DNA from: Eledone cirrhosa | Taxonomy: Eukaryota | Reading direction: 5' to 3' | Assembly: GCA_964016885.1 (NCBI GenBank) | Contig: OZ024742.1 | Span: forward strand, 91,698,001 to 91,762,000 | DNA: 64,000 nt | Part shown: piece by piece, positions 1-13,034 of the stretch | How positions within the stretch are numbered: position 1 is the first letter of the stretch | Layout: every line of letters begins with the position of its first letter | Notes under the pieces: model-generated | The model's input: the letters and a program-made list of their open reading frames with translations, nothing else | What the model was told of the DNA's origin: nothing | Database searches by the model: none | Program-made: the position numbers and the translations under genes

Positions 1-53
1 ATTTTTAAAATATCAAAATTATAATAATAATAGAATTTAGAAATGAAAATCTG

Positions 54-330
54 TCAATCTTGAAGCACCTCTGGGTGAACAATATTCATTGTGTAATTTT
101 TTGTTGGTGTCCAAATGAATAAATTTTTGCTGCTTCCAACTCATGAGCAACTAACATAGAGTTGACCATGGGAGAAACATGTGTCCAACTACTTTGAGGG
201 ATTGGCCCTGAGATTTGTTAATTGAAATAACAAAACTTAGTTTGACTGGAAACTGAAGCCTCTTAAATTCAAATGGAACAGATGTAGGTTTGAGAGGAAT
301 TTTTAGAATAAAGACCTTTTTTTTCAATAT
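54..330 (-). pseudogene. Helitron Pif1-family helicase, decayed C-terminal fragment
   Basis: Minus strand reads IPLKPTSVPFEFKRLQFPVKLSFVISINKSQGQSLKVVG, then after a frameshift CFSHGQLYVSCS*VGSSKNLFIW...NIVHPEVLQD*, matching Helitron RepHel helicase motifs V/VI; contains a stop and a frameshift. Confidence 0.9.
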
Positions 331-488
331 TGTAAACAAATAAGTATCAACATCCAAAAGAAATATATATTAATCTCTATTTTTGTATGCAGTGTAAATT
401 AACAAAATATAAGCTAATGTATTAACTGCTAACGGTATGAGAATATAAATATAAACGAACAGGCACACATACATCCACACAAACTTAT

Positions 489-534
<46 letters not shown>

Positions 535-589
535 TAATACAAACACACAATTTCACCCTCAGCGTTTGTTATGCCAGTCGTCACAGAAA

Positions 590-707
590 TGTATGTATAC
601 TCACACACCTTGTAAAATTTGATTTAATTTGGTCGAGTCATTTGAGTATGCATAAGTAAAAGACAGACGGACAGAGAGATAAAGAATTTTATATATATAT
701 ATATAGA
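590..707 (-). mobile_element. Helitron 5' terminus (probably the same internally deleted element as the helicase fragment)
   Basis: Minus strand A|TCTATATATA...AATTCTTTATCTCTCTGTCCGTCTGTC...CTCAAATGACTCGACC...AATTTTACAAGGT; a related copy lies at about 8445-8590 (+). Confidence 0.55.
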
Positions 708-835
708 TAGGTTTAAACGCACACACACACACACACACACGCACACATACACATGCGCGCGCGCGCACACACACACGGATGCGTACCTGCGCACACTCAT
801 ACAGGCAAAATACATTCACGCCTACGCTAACAGTA

Positions 836-912
836 TAATTGTTTCTACTTTTGGCACAAGGCCAGCAATTATCCCAGTTTATTACTGGTGCTTTATTTTA
901 TCGAACCCATAA
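836..912 (-). mobile_element. tRNA-derived SINE (family A), 3' fragment
   Basis: Matches the 3' half of full copies at 15575 and 26130 (TCGATAAAATAAAG.ACCAG...GCTGGCCTTGTGCCAAAAGTAGAAACAATT). Confidence 0.85.
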
Positions 913-2294
913 GTAGTTGGTTTTGTTCTTTAACATTAGTTCAGTCTTTATCGAGCAAATCTATGAATGTAGGTATTCCAGCCGTGAATATAGACAAAGA
1001 TGTATCTTAATGCGTGTTTAGTACTTCGTAGAGAGTACTCTTTTATATGTGTGTAGTACGGAGTAAATAGTACAGTATGTAATATGTCTACAACACTTAG
1101 TAGACAGCACTCTATGTAATATATGTAGTACCTAATAAACTGTGCTCTATGTAATATATGTTTGGTGCTTGGTAGACAGTGCAGTATGTACTATATATGC
1201 AGTCTTTGTAGTATTATTTACGATATGTTGCATCTGTCTTTAGATTTCTGTCAGCATGGCTGAAGGGTTTAAACTACTATGGTCAGGTCTGAGTCAAGAC
1301 TTCCTGGCGTCGGTTCGGATCCCACTTCTGATTACTCATTTTAGTGAAGGCAGGCAGAATAGCGCTTAGGGTGTTGGAGTTATGATCATAATGTCATTGA
1401 TTCAATTCCAGGAGAGGTTGGTGAGTAGTGTTCTTGAGCAAAGCATTTCATTTGACGTTACTTAAATCAAATCGGCTCACAATGACACACAGTAGTAGCT
1501 GGGGGTTAACCCTGCGATCGATTAACGTCTTGTCTTGTATTCTCATTCACTTAAACGCCAAAACAAAGCCGGATATGTGCAGGTTTGATTTGAATTTTTG
1601 ACTTTTATCATTTACCGGCATCGATTTTATCATCTTTCGCAAGGCAGCTATTACTATAGGAATTGTTTTTATTTTCATGCTACCCATTATATTTATTTCT
1701 ATTCTCAGGTTGTTACATTTGAATGCATCGTGAAAGACAAACGTTAACCATTTTAAAAAAAGACACACACACATACTATTAAATTTACATTTATCTTTTA
1801 TTTCCTTGTGTGAAAATTTCCATCACACTTTTCGCTAACTGGACAGCGATACAATACCAGTGTGTTAAATAATTTTGACACCAAGAAATATATTCAAAGT
1901 GAATTTAATAGTGTTTGTGTTTATGTGAAACGCTAAAATGACATTTCCACAATATTATTACTTTTGTTTTAAAATAAAGTCGCAGAAGAGGTCACATTAC
2001 AGAAAGGTTACAACTCTTAAATGTGTTAAAGTTACTCCACCAACGTTAGAGACATATTATTGGCTGTTGAGACAGATAAGTATATCAGAATACACTTTCT
2101 TTCCTGGTGGTGCTTGATGACAATATCCAACTGATTTGCTTAGATCTGTGTGTGTGTGGGGGGGGGGGGGGTCTGTGTGGGTGTGTTTATGTATGCGTAT
2201 ATGTTTATGAATAGATATATCTACTTCGTATATGCACTTTGTCATTCTCTGATTTATAGATATGTAGTATGTATGTAGTTATAGATAGTAGTAT

Positions 2295-2602
2295 GGCCTG
2301 TGGAACGGAATTGTTGGGCGACGGGGGTATCCCTGCCAAGTCGTATGTCCCTCAAGTGTTCAGCGAATCCGTCCGCCAGCCGCCGTCCAGTTTTTTCTGA
2401 TGTATAAGGACCCGCAAATGGAACACAGGAGGGCATAGGCAACGTCGGTGGATAGGCAGGTGAAGGATTGGTAGCTACTGACAGAAACGTTAGTACCTGT
2501 GAAATTGGTGCGGCTGGAAATGAAGGGGCAGGTGTTACAGTGGGGGCGAGAATATGTGCGGAGAGAGGTGGAGTCCGAGGGGAGAAAGGGAAAGAACTGC
2601 AC
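2295..2602 (-). pseudogene. Penelope-like element GIY-YIG endonuclease fragment with Cys-rich linker
   Basis: PHCNTCPFI...FTCLSTDVAYALLCSICGSLYI, frameshift, KTGRRLADGFAEHLRDIRLGRDTPVAQQF; typical PLE C-terminal endonuclease. Confidence 0.88.
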
Positions 2603-3473
2603 ACAAGAAGGCCGTCTCTGCGCTCTGAATTTAAAATTCGCTGAGAAAAACTTTGTCTTTTATCCTTTCGACCCAGTATCGGGATCGATTCTTCTTCTAT
2701 ATCACTTTTGCATTTCCTCTCTCTCCTCTCGAAGCAATCGTCTGTATTAAGATCTAGAGAAAGGATAGGCTACGCAAGGTTTAAGATGTTCAAGAAACCA
2801 TTTATGTCATTAAGGTACCCTTACAATTTATTCAGGAGTTACAGGTCTATACTTACATACAAATCTTTGAACATGAAGTTGGCTCCCGTACTTTCCAGAA
2901 GTCAAAAAGAAAATCAAACTATCAGCGAAAACAACAATATTAATCATCGGCTATAAATATTATTGTTTGTTTTGTTCTCAGTTCAGATACTTGATCCTAC
3001 TTCAACATTTTTAATGTTCGAAGCATTAAATATTTCCTTCAACCTACTTAAATCTACAAAACATTTTTCTGTGCCTTTTATTCTCTTCATCATATTACAA
3101 ATGGCTAACATTCTCGAAGATGTCCGTTCATTTCCGTCAGCTCACACAACATAGCAAATACTACACCTCACAGTTTGGTTTATTCTCTATACCGCAAACA
3201 CTTGTATCAAACGATACTTTTAGGTAGGACATTAACGACCATGTTAATGAAATTCAAACTGAGATCAAACGAAAATTATTTTTTTTTATTGCTTCCATAT
3301 TAAATCTGTGCACTATATATAATGTGCTTTTGGTTCCGAACATGATCGTGTATTCGGATTTATGTCTATGTGTATATGCGGATAAGTATTTATGTGGGCC
3401 TGTATGCTTTCATATATTTGCAATTATATATACATAAGTGTGGGGTTTGTAAGCATGTATGTGTGCATATGTC

Positions 3474-3535
<62 letters not shown>

Positions 3536-3847
3536 TGGGTGTATATTGTATACATATTTGGGTGTATTTGTATCTAGATCTACGTATGCCTGTTTGTGTG
3601 TTCGCGTGTATATACGCTTCTTTACGTATGTGATTTTTTATACTGTCATATGAAGGGTTCTTTTTTTTAACTAAATAAATTGGTTAGATGTCGAAGAGGT
3701 AACAATGACATGAGTAGAACAGAACTAGGAAGAAGGAAAGAGGGGGAAGTTTTCTGAGAGATAAACAGATAGACAGACAGATAAATGACGAGCTTCACCG
3801 ACAAGTAGTTATACAGATGGAGAGCAATATATATATATATATATATA

Positions 3848-4062
3848 TAGTGGTAGAACACTGGAAGGTAATATCCGCAGTGGTAGAGCACTCAGTCCAT
3901 GGGACGAGTTAGGTAGAAGTGGTTACACAACAGTTAGTTCACCATACCGAGAACAATTGTTTCACCTTAGCGGATCCTCAGCTCGTAATCCGAGCTGAGA
4001 ATCCGCTAAGGTGAAACAATTGTTCTCGGTATGGTGAACTAACTGTTGTGTAACCACTTCTA
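3848..4062. mobile_element. Fold-back PLE terminal-repeat (pLTR) insert with two opposed hammerhead motifs, within (TA)n
   Basis: 72-bp inverted arms 3914-3985 and 3991-4062 (one mismatch); second copy at 57179-57388. Confidence 0.85.
3947..3985 (-). ncRNA. Minimal type I hammerhead ribozyme
   Basis: CGAG-CTGAGGA-TCCGCTAAGGT-GAAA-CAATTG-TT-CTCG: stem I CGAG/CTCG, palindromic stem III, NUH = GUU. Confidence 0.75.
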
Positions 4063-4071
4063 TATATATAT

Positions 4072-6230
4072 ATAGATATGTTTCTTTTATTTGCCACCAG
4101 GGCATCAAAAGTGGGACAAGTACAATGGGGGAGTTTACAAAACAAGGCGTCCTCAATAAGGAGGAGGCAATAACAAAATATAAAAATAAAATAAAATATA
4201 ACAGAATAAAATTTATAACAAAATCCTCAATAGAGAGGAGGCGCCTTGGGGGGTCGCACACACCCCCGAAAAAAAGTATGCAACCATTTTCCTCAGGAGC
4301 ACAGAGAAGGGGTGCTCCCTTGGTCTTTCATCTTCCTCACCTATAGTCTGATGTAGAGTGACGGCCCATTCACACGGGCCATTCTCGCCACTTTCACCCA
4401 TCTTTCATAAAAACGGCTGGGGTGCAGCACCTTTCTCTCCATCCTGATCCTTCTTCCGAAATGATATCGGAAGAAACGGACCAGTTGTTGGCCAGAGAGA
4501 AAGGTGTCTGACCTCAGTCCTTTCAGACGCGTCCACCATACAACCTCTTTCGCTATGGCTATTACGCACAGAAACACCGCCTCTCCTTCGTTTTTGAAGA
4601 GGGGAGGAGGCTTGATCTTTACAATAGACTCGGTGGTCAACCGGATCGGTCCCACCCTTGACAGCAGTTGTTCGACATACCCCCAAAGATCAGCAATGCC
4701 CGATCAGTGTACCAATGCGTGTGCAACGGTTTCCTCGTCGCACACGCATCTGGGACAGATCTTTTTCGAAGGGTCCCTACCCGGGAGCCCGTGTCTGTAG
4801 AGCCTTTCTCGAACGGGCAGAGCCCTTCTGTAGCACTGCCAGGCCAGGGACCTCTCGAAGTTATCCATGGGTCCCGGGCTGAATGTCCTACCGAACAGTT
4901 GGCCAGTTCGTCTTCCTCCATGCCTAGGGCTTCTCCGAGGGCGTCGTCGCACCTGCTAACCACCAGCCCTCTATAGAATGACGAGGTGGATTCTCCACTG
5001 ACAGTCGGGTCCGCCTGCCAGAGAGCCGTGAGCGACTGGGCACACTCGGTGTGCCAGGCGCCCAGTTTTCTGGGTCTTTACTTGACCCAGGATTGCAGCT
5101 CGGTGAGTGAGACGAGTCTGGGAAAGGCTCGCCTCACAAACGGGGCCCACACCGGTTGACCGGAGAGGAATACCTGGAGGTGCCGTAGCCTTAATGCGTG
5201 TTTACGTATCATTAGCCACGGCATCCCCACCCCTCCTTTCGAAGGGTGTTGACAGCAGATGGATCTCCTCTCCATAGGAGCCCGCTTCTTCCAAAGGAAT
5301 TGGAAGAGTGCGCGCTCCATTTTGGCGAGCGTTTCCCTTGGGCAAGGCACAACGGTCAGGCGGTAGTAGATGACGGACGCTATATAAGTGTTCGCCACCT
5401 CCACCCGACCTTTCAGGGACAGTTTGCACTCGGCCCACTTCTGGGTCAGTGCAAACACCCTGTTCGTTACCTCACCCCAGTTCTTCTCCACCTGGAGGTC
5501 TGGTCCGAACCAGACCCCGAGCAACTTCACCGGGCCCTCCGTCCAGCGCCCGACGACGCCATCGGAGGGCATCGATCTGCCCCTCCACGTGCCGAGTTGC
5601 AGACCGATCGACTTGTCCCGGTTCAGCTTAGCCCCTGTAAACCTTTCGTACTCCTCCAGTAAGGTGCCGATCGCCCCGATTTCCGAGGCCGTAGACACCA
5701 TTACTGTTACGTCGTCGGCGTAGGCCGACACCGCTTTCCGCAATCCCGGTTCCAAAGGGATGCCCTGCAACAACTCCAACTTCCGCAGTAGTGGCTCTAG
5801 AGTCATTACATACAGAAGGGATGAGAGAGGGCACCCCTGTCGGATGGACCGCGCGATTTCGAACGGCTCCGAGAGGTAGCCGTTCACCTTGACCCTAGAG
5901 CAGATGCGGCTGCTGTGCATGGCATTGATCCAGCCCCTGAAAACGGGTCCGAAGCCTACCGCCGCTAGCACCGCATCCAGGTAACCATGGTCGACCCTAT
6001 CGAATGCCTTAGATTGATCCAAGTTGATCAGGGCCCCAACAAAGCCGGGTTAGTTCCCAACCCTCTCTATGATGTATCGCATGAGGTGGAGGTTGTCGTG
6101 GATGGACCTGGACGGGATAGCACATGTCTGCGCATCTCCCACCAGGTTGCCCACGACAAGCGCCAACCTCTTTGCTAGCACCTTGGCCAAAATCTGTAAC
6201 TCTGTATTTAGCAGAGTTATGGGCCTGAAA
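4072..6230 (-). mobile_element. 5'-truncated Tx1/L1-clade non-LTR retrotransposon (RT + zf-RVT + 3' UTR)
   Basis: FRPITLLNTELQILAKVLAKRL...LDQSKAFDRVDH...RQGCPLS...AYADD...CPRCVCDEETVAH; ORF ends at 4341; a few stops and a frameshift; AATAAA at the 3' end; visibly GC-rich relative to its flanks. Confidence 0.95.
5078..6022 (-). pseudogene. Reverse transcriptase domain of the Tx1-clade ORF2 (longest open stretch)
   Basis: 314-aa ORF with KAFDRV, QGCPLS and YADD motifs, bounded by premature stops. Confidence 0.92.
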
Positions 6231-6251
6231 TATATATAGATATATAGATAT

Positions 6252-6318
<67 letters not shown>

Positions 6319-6527
6319 TGTTTCTTTTGAAATACCAAGCGAGTTGAATATAGAAATGGAAGCTTTCGCTTGAGAAATTTTAGCCTTATAGTGTTATTTA
6401 GAACCCCATAAGAAATGGAAAAAGATTAGTATTGACGTCAATACTCATCTCTTTCCATTTCCACTATCAGGCTAAAATGTATTTAGTCAAAAAATACGGC
6501 GAAAGCTCATATATATATATATATATA

Positions 6528-6790
6528 TCATCATCATCATCATCATCATCATCATTTAGCGCTATTTTCCACGCTAGCGTAGGTTAGACAAGTTGTTCCA
6601 TTTAAGGCAAAGCAGGTCAGATGACCATGGCTTTCTCATACATAACTTGGTTTCTACGGCTGGCTATCCTTTCTAACGCCAATCACATTTACAAAGTAGA
6701 CGGGGTGTATTTTCTCGTGACAACTACAGAGCCACTTTACAATGTGGTACCGGGTGCTTTTTATCGTAACACCGTAACAACCATTTAACA
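6528..6790 (-). mobile_element. Non-LTR/SINE 3' end with (TGA)n tail
   Basis: (CAT)n followed by TTTAGCGCTATTTTCCACGCTAGC...GGCTGGCTATCCTTTCTAACGCCAA, an RTE-type 3' UTR in reverse. Confidence 0.55.
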
Positions 6791-7099
6791 GTGTGGACTG
6801 GGTGATTTTTGTCGTGGCATAAAAATGACCTCTTCATAGAGTGGGCAAGGCCTGGGGTGGGTGGGGATGTAAATTCGTGTGTGAATGGTGGGGTGATAGG
6901 ACGTGGGCGGAGTGTTAGGGCGTGGTTGGTATATGGAAGATGGGAGGATATGGTTCAAGTGGTGCATACTAGAATATATGCTTCAAACCGTGCGCATGGG
7001 AAGGCGGGTCTTCTGTATTACTGCATAGTGTCAAAGATCTCGATACTGTGTCCTCGTCTTGAGATGTGCAATTTTGCAAGGCCAGCTTGTATTACTTCA

Positions 7100-8095
7100 T
7101 CCCAGGTTTTCTTAAGTCTTCCTACTCCATAGCTTCCATGAACTTTGATCACCTTGCACTGTTTATAAGGCTGTCATCCTTCATACGCTTCACATAGCCA
7201 TACCAACACCATATCCTCTCCTGCATACGGCATCTGACCCTCGTATGTCCAGTTTCTCTCTCAGTATATTATCAATTTGCCGTTCATGTATATTACTATT
7301 ACATATCTTTTGGAGCATGCAGGCTTCATTTCTTTCCAAACTTCGCAGGTTCTCTGTACACAGCGCCCAGGTCTCAATACCATGCAACTTTGCTGTTCGT
7401 ATATATGTATCACACAATCTGCTCTTCATTTTGAGGGAAAAACCACTCTAGTTACTATACTTTCGGAACATCCCGCTCTACTGTTAGTGCCATCTAGGTG
7501 GGTTACAGAAAATCTCGACTATTTCTACAGAGCCCTCTGAGCATTTGAGGGAACTAGTACCCTGTGGGATCTTGCTATTTACGGCACCTGTGCATCAACC
7601 ACATGTAAAACCTACGTTCTTTGTTAGTCCCCCCCCCCCCCCGAATTCCTACTACATATCTTGTGTAGCCATAGCTTGCATTTAGAGCATAGGATGGAAC
7701 TTCTTTCTTGCCTTCTGAGCAAGGTCATTTCCGTGAGGGGATCTGGGCCCTGATTTCCTTTCTACATATGAGGACTTTAGTATTTGACAAGTTAAATTTG
7801 TGAGCTTTTGATTCTAGTCAATGTTTCCAGGTTTAGAATTTCTGCTCTAATTCTCCCGCACTTTCAGCTATAATGGTTAGATCATCTGCATACAAACGTT
7901 CCCATGGGCAACTAGTCTTAAACCCTTCTGTTATAGCCTGCAGGACGATAATAAACTGGGGAGTGTTAAGGACCAAGCCATGACGAATACCTAGCTTCAT
8001 GCTAAATTCCACACTATAGCCATTGTTAATTCATGTCTTTCTGACTGTTACTCTATACATAGCTTGCACTGCCTTCACAAGACACTCATCTACTC
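7100..8095 (-). mobile_element. Decayed RTE-clade LINE (RT C-terminal part)
   Basis: KTSCPWERLYADD near 7880-7920; RLCDTYIRTAKLHGIETWAL...LERNEACML at 7190-7429. Confidence 0.85.
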
Positions 8096-8348
8096 CTAGT
8101 TTTCGAAGTGCCAACCAGATAATGGAACGGATGATTCAAAAGCTTTCTATAGTAACCGAAGAAGTAACTATTGCGAAAGAAATTGAGTTTGAAGTGTAAC
8201 GTATTGCGCTGCTGAGTTTTGATTGATATGAATAGCAATAGTGGTTTGTGGGGGTGAAAGGGAGTGAAGATGGGGTATGAGGCCGAATTGAGGAATATAA
8301 GAGTGGGGAGAGAGAAAATATTTTGAAGACCGAGGAAAAAGAGAAGGG

Positions 8349-8590
<242 letters not shown>

Positions 8591-8943
8591 TTTTATCTAA
8601 AATAATATTTCTATAGTGAACTATAGTAAACCACCACTACGACTACGACGACGACCGTCACATTTTGTATATGAGTATGTATGTGTCTGTGAGTGTTGTG
8701 TGTTTGCGAGTTCGTTGCTTACGTTAGGCATCAGAGAAGTAAACACACACACACAGACACATCTATACATACAGATACATATGTGATGACAGACAGGTGT
8801 GCGTGAATGTATGTCTGTCTCAGTATATGTATGTGAGTGTATGTGAGAGTGTACGTGTATGTGTGTATGTAAGAATGTATGTGTGTGTGAGTGTATGTGT
8901 GATAAATTTTGAAAATTGCAAACTTGACTTTCACCACATATTA

Positions 8944-8982
8944 TGAACCTGAAGATTGCGAAAGCATGAAAGTACTTGTTCA
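8944..8982 (+). ncRNA. Minimal type I hammerhead ribozyme
   Basis: TGAAC-CTGAAGA-TTGC GAAA GCAT-GAAA-GTAC-TT-GTTCA: 5-bp stem I, GNRA-capped stem II, palindromic AGTACT stem III. Confidence 0.78.
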
Positions 8983-9133
8983 ATTAACACTTAGAATTTA
9001 ATATTCTATCATACTATTTCATTATAATACCATTATAAATTTTAAAGGATTGTAAATAAAACGAGTAAATCAGACAAAGTTGGAATTCCTCTTATTAATA
9101 TAATCTTCTATACACAATCATACACACCCGTGT

Positions 9134-9365
<232 letters not shown>

Positions 9366-10431
9366 ATATATACGTTCTGGGCAATAGAATTGAATCCAAC
9401 CACCGACAACATAGTTGGATGACCGATAATCACACCAAACCGGAGTACTGTGATCCTTGTGATTTCGAGATATACAACCACTGATAGTGTAACGAAGACC
9501 TGAAAACCATACTCCATAATATTGAACTAAGTGATTGATTTGTGCGACCAAAATAACACCACACACATATTGGGTCGGCAATAAACTAGGAATATTGGAT
9601 CCTCCGTCAATGTCTGGGTGAGCAAAAATAGATTTCTATCTGCATTGAAATTTACGAACTTGTGCATCTGCTGTGGTGTCAAACACAAACGCACACGACC
9701 GCACAGATGAGCAATGGACCATGCCACGTGGGTTGAACTTGCAAGTGATTGAAGGATGTGTAATTCTGATATACAGATTATTTATTATTAAGATGTATAA
9801 ACTTGACATAACTATTATCATCTTATATTCTCTCAACTAATCACATTTAATTTTATTTCTCTATCCCGTTTTTCCCCCCATATTTATAATATTTTTATTT
9901 GACAAAATCGGTTTTTTTACATTGTGTTTTTCCCTTCTAATACTTGCTTATATTTTTTTATATATTCTCTATATATCTTTTATATATATTTTTTTATCTT
10001 TATTCTTATTTTCACTGTTTTCCTCCTTTATATTTTACCTTATTCTTACTTTTATACCTTATTATAGTGTAATCTTCCCCATGCCTTATTATACATTATT
10101 AATTATAGATTATTATTATTACTCTTATCTCATTTCTAATTACCTCATGTACTTTCTCCTCCGTTATATATATATTGTATGCCCTTTGTGTGTGTGTAGC
10201 CTCTGCACACCCTCTGCACCCTACTATCGACGCCACCCCATCTATGGCTCCACTAACCACTCGACTCCCGGGAATGAATATGACCACAGCTAGTAAACAA
10301 GGACCCACACCCCACCCTCCCGCACCAAAATTAGACTTATCGTCCCCTGCTTTTGCTCTTTACTCTCTAAACTCTTTGTTCTTGAATGTTTGGTTGGTAG
10401 AGTCCATAACACCAATCAAACCCCTTTTATA

Positions 10432-10476
10432 GCTCTGAAGAATCCTACGATTACGTAAGGAAGAAACATTGTAAGC
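10432..10476 (+). ncRNA. Hammerhead ribozyme motif at a probable pLTR 3' end
   Basis: GCT-CTGAAGA-ATCCTACG ATTA CGTAAGGAA-GAAAC ATT GTA-AGC, then AATAAA and (TA)n about 45 bp later. Confidence 0.7.
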
Positions 10477-10521
10477 CAATAAAAATCTTTTGATGTTGTA
10501 GACGCTCTTGTGTTCTTTATC

Positions 10522-10556
<35 letters not shown>

Positions 10557-11336
10557 CATATATATATATATAAAAGGAGAGGGAGTCACGTGCGTCACAG
10601 ATAATTTTGCAATATTATCAACAGATACACAACTTCGTGGTCACCGGCCGTCGAAGTGAACTTCCACAGTTTTGGCACCTACAGGCGGAACTGCTGATCC
10701 CTAATTTACACACAAAAACAAAAACACATAGATACATTCATACACACGCACACACGCATAGAGGCACACAAACACACACACACACACACGCAGGCGCGCG
10801 CGCACATACAAATGTTAGTACGTTCATGTTTTTAATTTTCTTCTGTGTCTTGTATTGGTGATAGAATAGCGTGAGCTAATAATAATAATAAACGTACAGT
10901 ATATATAATTAAGCCCCTCTCCTCCCCCCAATCACAGAACTGTGATGGAAGCGTTGAAAAGAAGCAGTTATATTCCTTTTCTTACTTTAATAGACACGTT
11001 CCGAAACAGGCGCTCTGGCATACATTAGCAGAAAACTGCCTGGACGTCTGTATTTCTATTAACATAAATATAAATGAACGACACCACATGATTTTGCTTT
11101 GAAAGTTTTGAAAGTAGGTATATAAGTATGAATTTTTGTAGAATTTTCGTAGTTCTCTCTGTGGAATAGCAGTAGGTACTAGAGACTGTGGAGATCCTGG
11201 TATTGGGTTCAATCCTGGTCGGGAGGAGCATGTAATCTTTTTTTCAGATTTTATTTTACATCCCATAGAAGAAAAAAAACGTAAAAGGTTTACCGGGAGC
11301 CCTACTGCCGACCAGGATCGATCTTCAGGATCACCA

Positions 11337-11776
11337 CAGTGGTGGACTAGCCGGGTTACCAGGTTGCTCACGGTAGCATTGCAGGGCCCACGGTAGTATT
11401 TTCGGAGCCAATGCTTGGCTTTAAAAAAAAAACCCCAAAAAACAATTAAGCAAAGCATTTGGTCAACCAAAACCCCAGGAAATTAATAGAAACCAAAATA
11501 TATGATAGTGCAAATAGCTGGAATCAGTTGTGCATTCTACTATATTTAATGCATGCAAACATACTTATATAGATACACACAAGCATATATATATACATAT
11601 ATATATGCTTGTTTGTGTCTATATATGTACGTTTGTCACTTAGACTTCAGGTATTTTTTGAAAGCAAAGCATTGGCCCCTAAAATACTACAGTGGGCCCT
11701 GCAATGCTACTCTGGGCCCGTGGAAGGCCCCAGGGGGCCCCACTTGCGATTGGGCAACCTGGCCAGTCCGCCACTG
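11337..11776. mobile_element. hAT-like MITE
   Basis: Termini CAGTGGTGGACTAGCC and GGCCAGTCCGCCACTG, plus subterminal inverted GTAGCATTGCAGGGCCCAC.GTAGTATTTT; no clear TSD. Confidence 0.65.
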
Positions 11777-11792
11777 TATTTGTGCATATCTG

Positions 11793-11824
<32 letters not shown>

Positions 11825-11825
11825 T

Positions 11826-11873
<48 letters not shown>

Positions 11874-12985
11874 TGTGTGTGTATGTGTATGTGAGTGTAT
11901 TTGTGTGTATAATATGTGCATATACACACAAACATTCAGTAAATCCTCTACAAATCGCCTGGCGTTAACGAAGAAAAAGGGAAAAGAATGAACAAAACAA
12001 AAATTCTTTATGATGTTCGTGGATAATAGCGAGCTTAAAGTCACTTCAACACTTATCTGGCTTTCTGTTTGCTACTGAAGTTTACCTCTTCACCTTGAGC
12101 AAGCAGAATGTTTTCATCAAACAAAAGATAGGCTTCAAAGACACAATATACAAGAGGAAAAGACACAGAGGAATGATTAAAAAATCACAGAAAAAGTCAG
12201 CAAGACAATAGCATATCGTAAACAACAGCATATCTTAAATGATTAGAGAAAGTATTTCCCGACTTTATCGTTATATAACCTTCAATTTTCTTCTTTCCCT
12301 TTGTCTTGCGTTATTCTTTTTTCTAAGGAATTTTCTAGAAGTGTAAACTGTTAAAAGATTTGACACGCAATTTTATATTTTGATTACTTCTTTTAGGTTT
12401 TTATCCTTTTATATTTGGATTGGTTTCAGTCATTAGACTGCAATCATCCAGAGATAATGCTTTGTGAGGAGTTAGTTGATCATATCGATCCCACTTGCCG
12501 TCAATCTAATTTCTCACACGAGATTTTGGTCACCCCAAGGCTACAGTAACATGTACTGGTCCAAGATACCATGCATTGGGACTGAATTCGAAATTATGTA
12601 GTTACGAAGCGAACACTACGCAGTTGTGCCTATTTTATCTTTTACTTACTTATGTTTTCAGATTTCAATCATTGGATTGGGGTCATGCTGGATCACAGCC
12701 TTGGGAATAGGGATTTAATTTATTATATCAACTCCAAGTGCTGTCAAACTTCCGACCATCAAATTTCCTATGCGAAGCATCGGTCAACCCTAGACTATAC
12801 TAAAATGCCCTTGCCCAAAGTGTCATGCAGCGGGACTGAACTTGAAAGCACGTGGTTACGAAGCAGACATCATTAGCCACACAGCTGTGTCTACTTATTT
12901 ATTTTTTGAAATCTTTGTCGAATCGTTATGTTACGGACTACAAATAGTAGACACTATAACCAGACAAATACATCGCTCCCCCCCC

Positions 12986-13029
<44 letters not shown>

Positions 13030-13034
13030 GCATG

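Noticed and set aside
2963-3190. hAT BED-finger-like VRCSICYVV on the minus strand
   Set aside because: Only a CxxC; no TIR or further transposase motif recognised.
9372-9760. GIY-YIG-like NIGSSVN and PRGLN strings upstream of the 10432 HHR
   Set aside because: Motifs lie in different frames with many stops; too weak to call.
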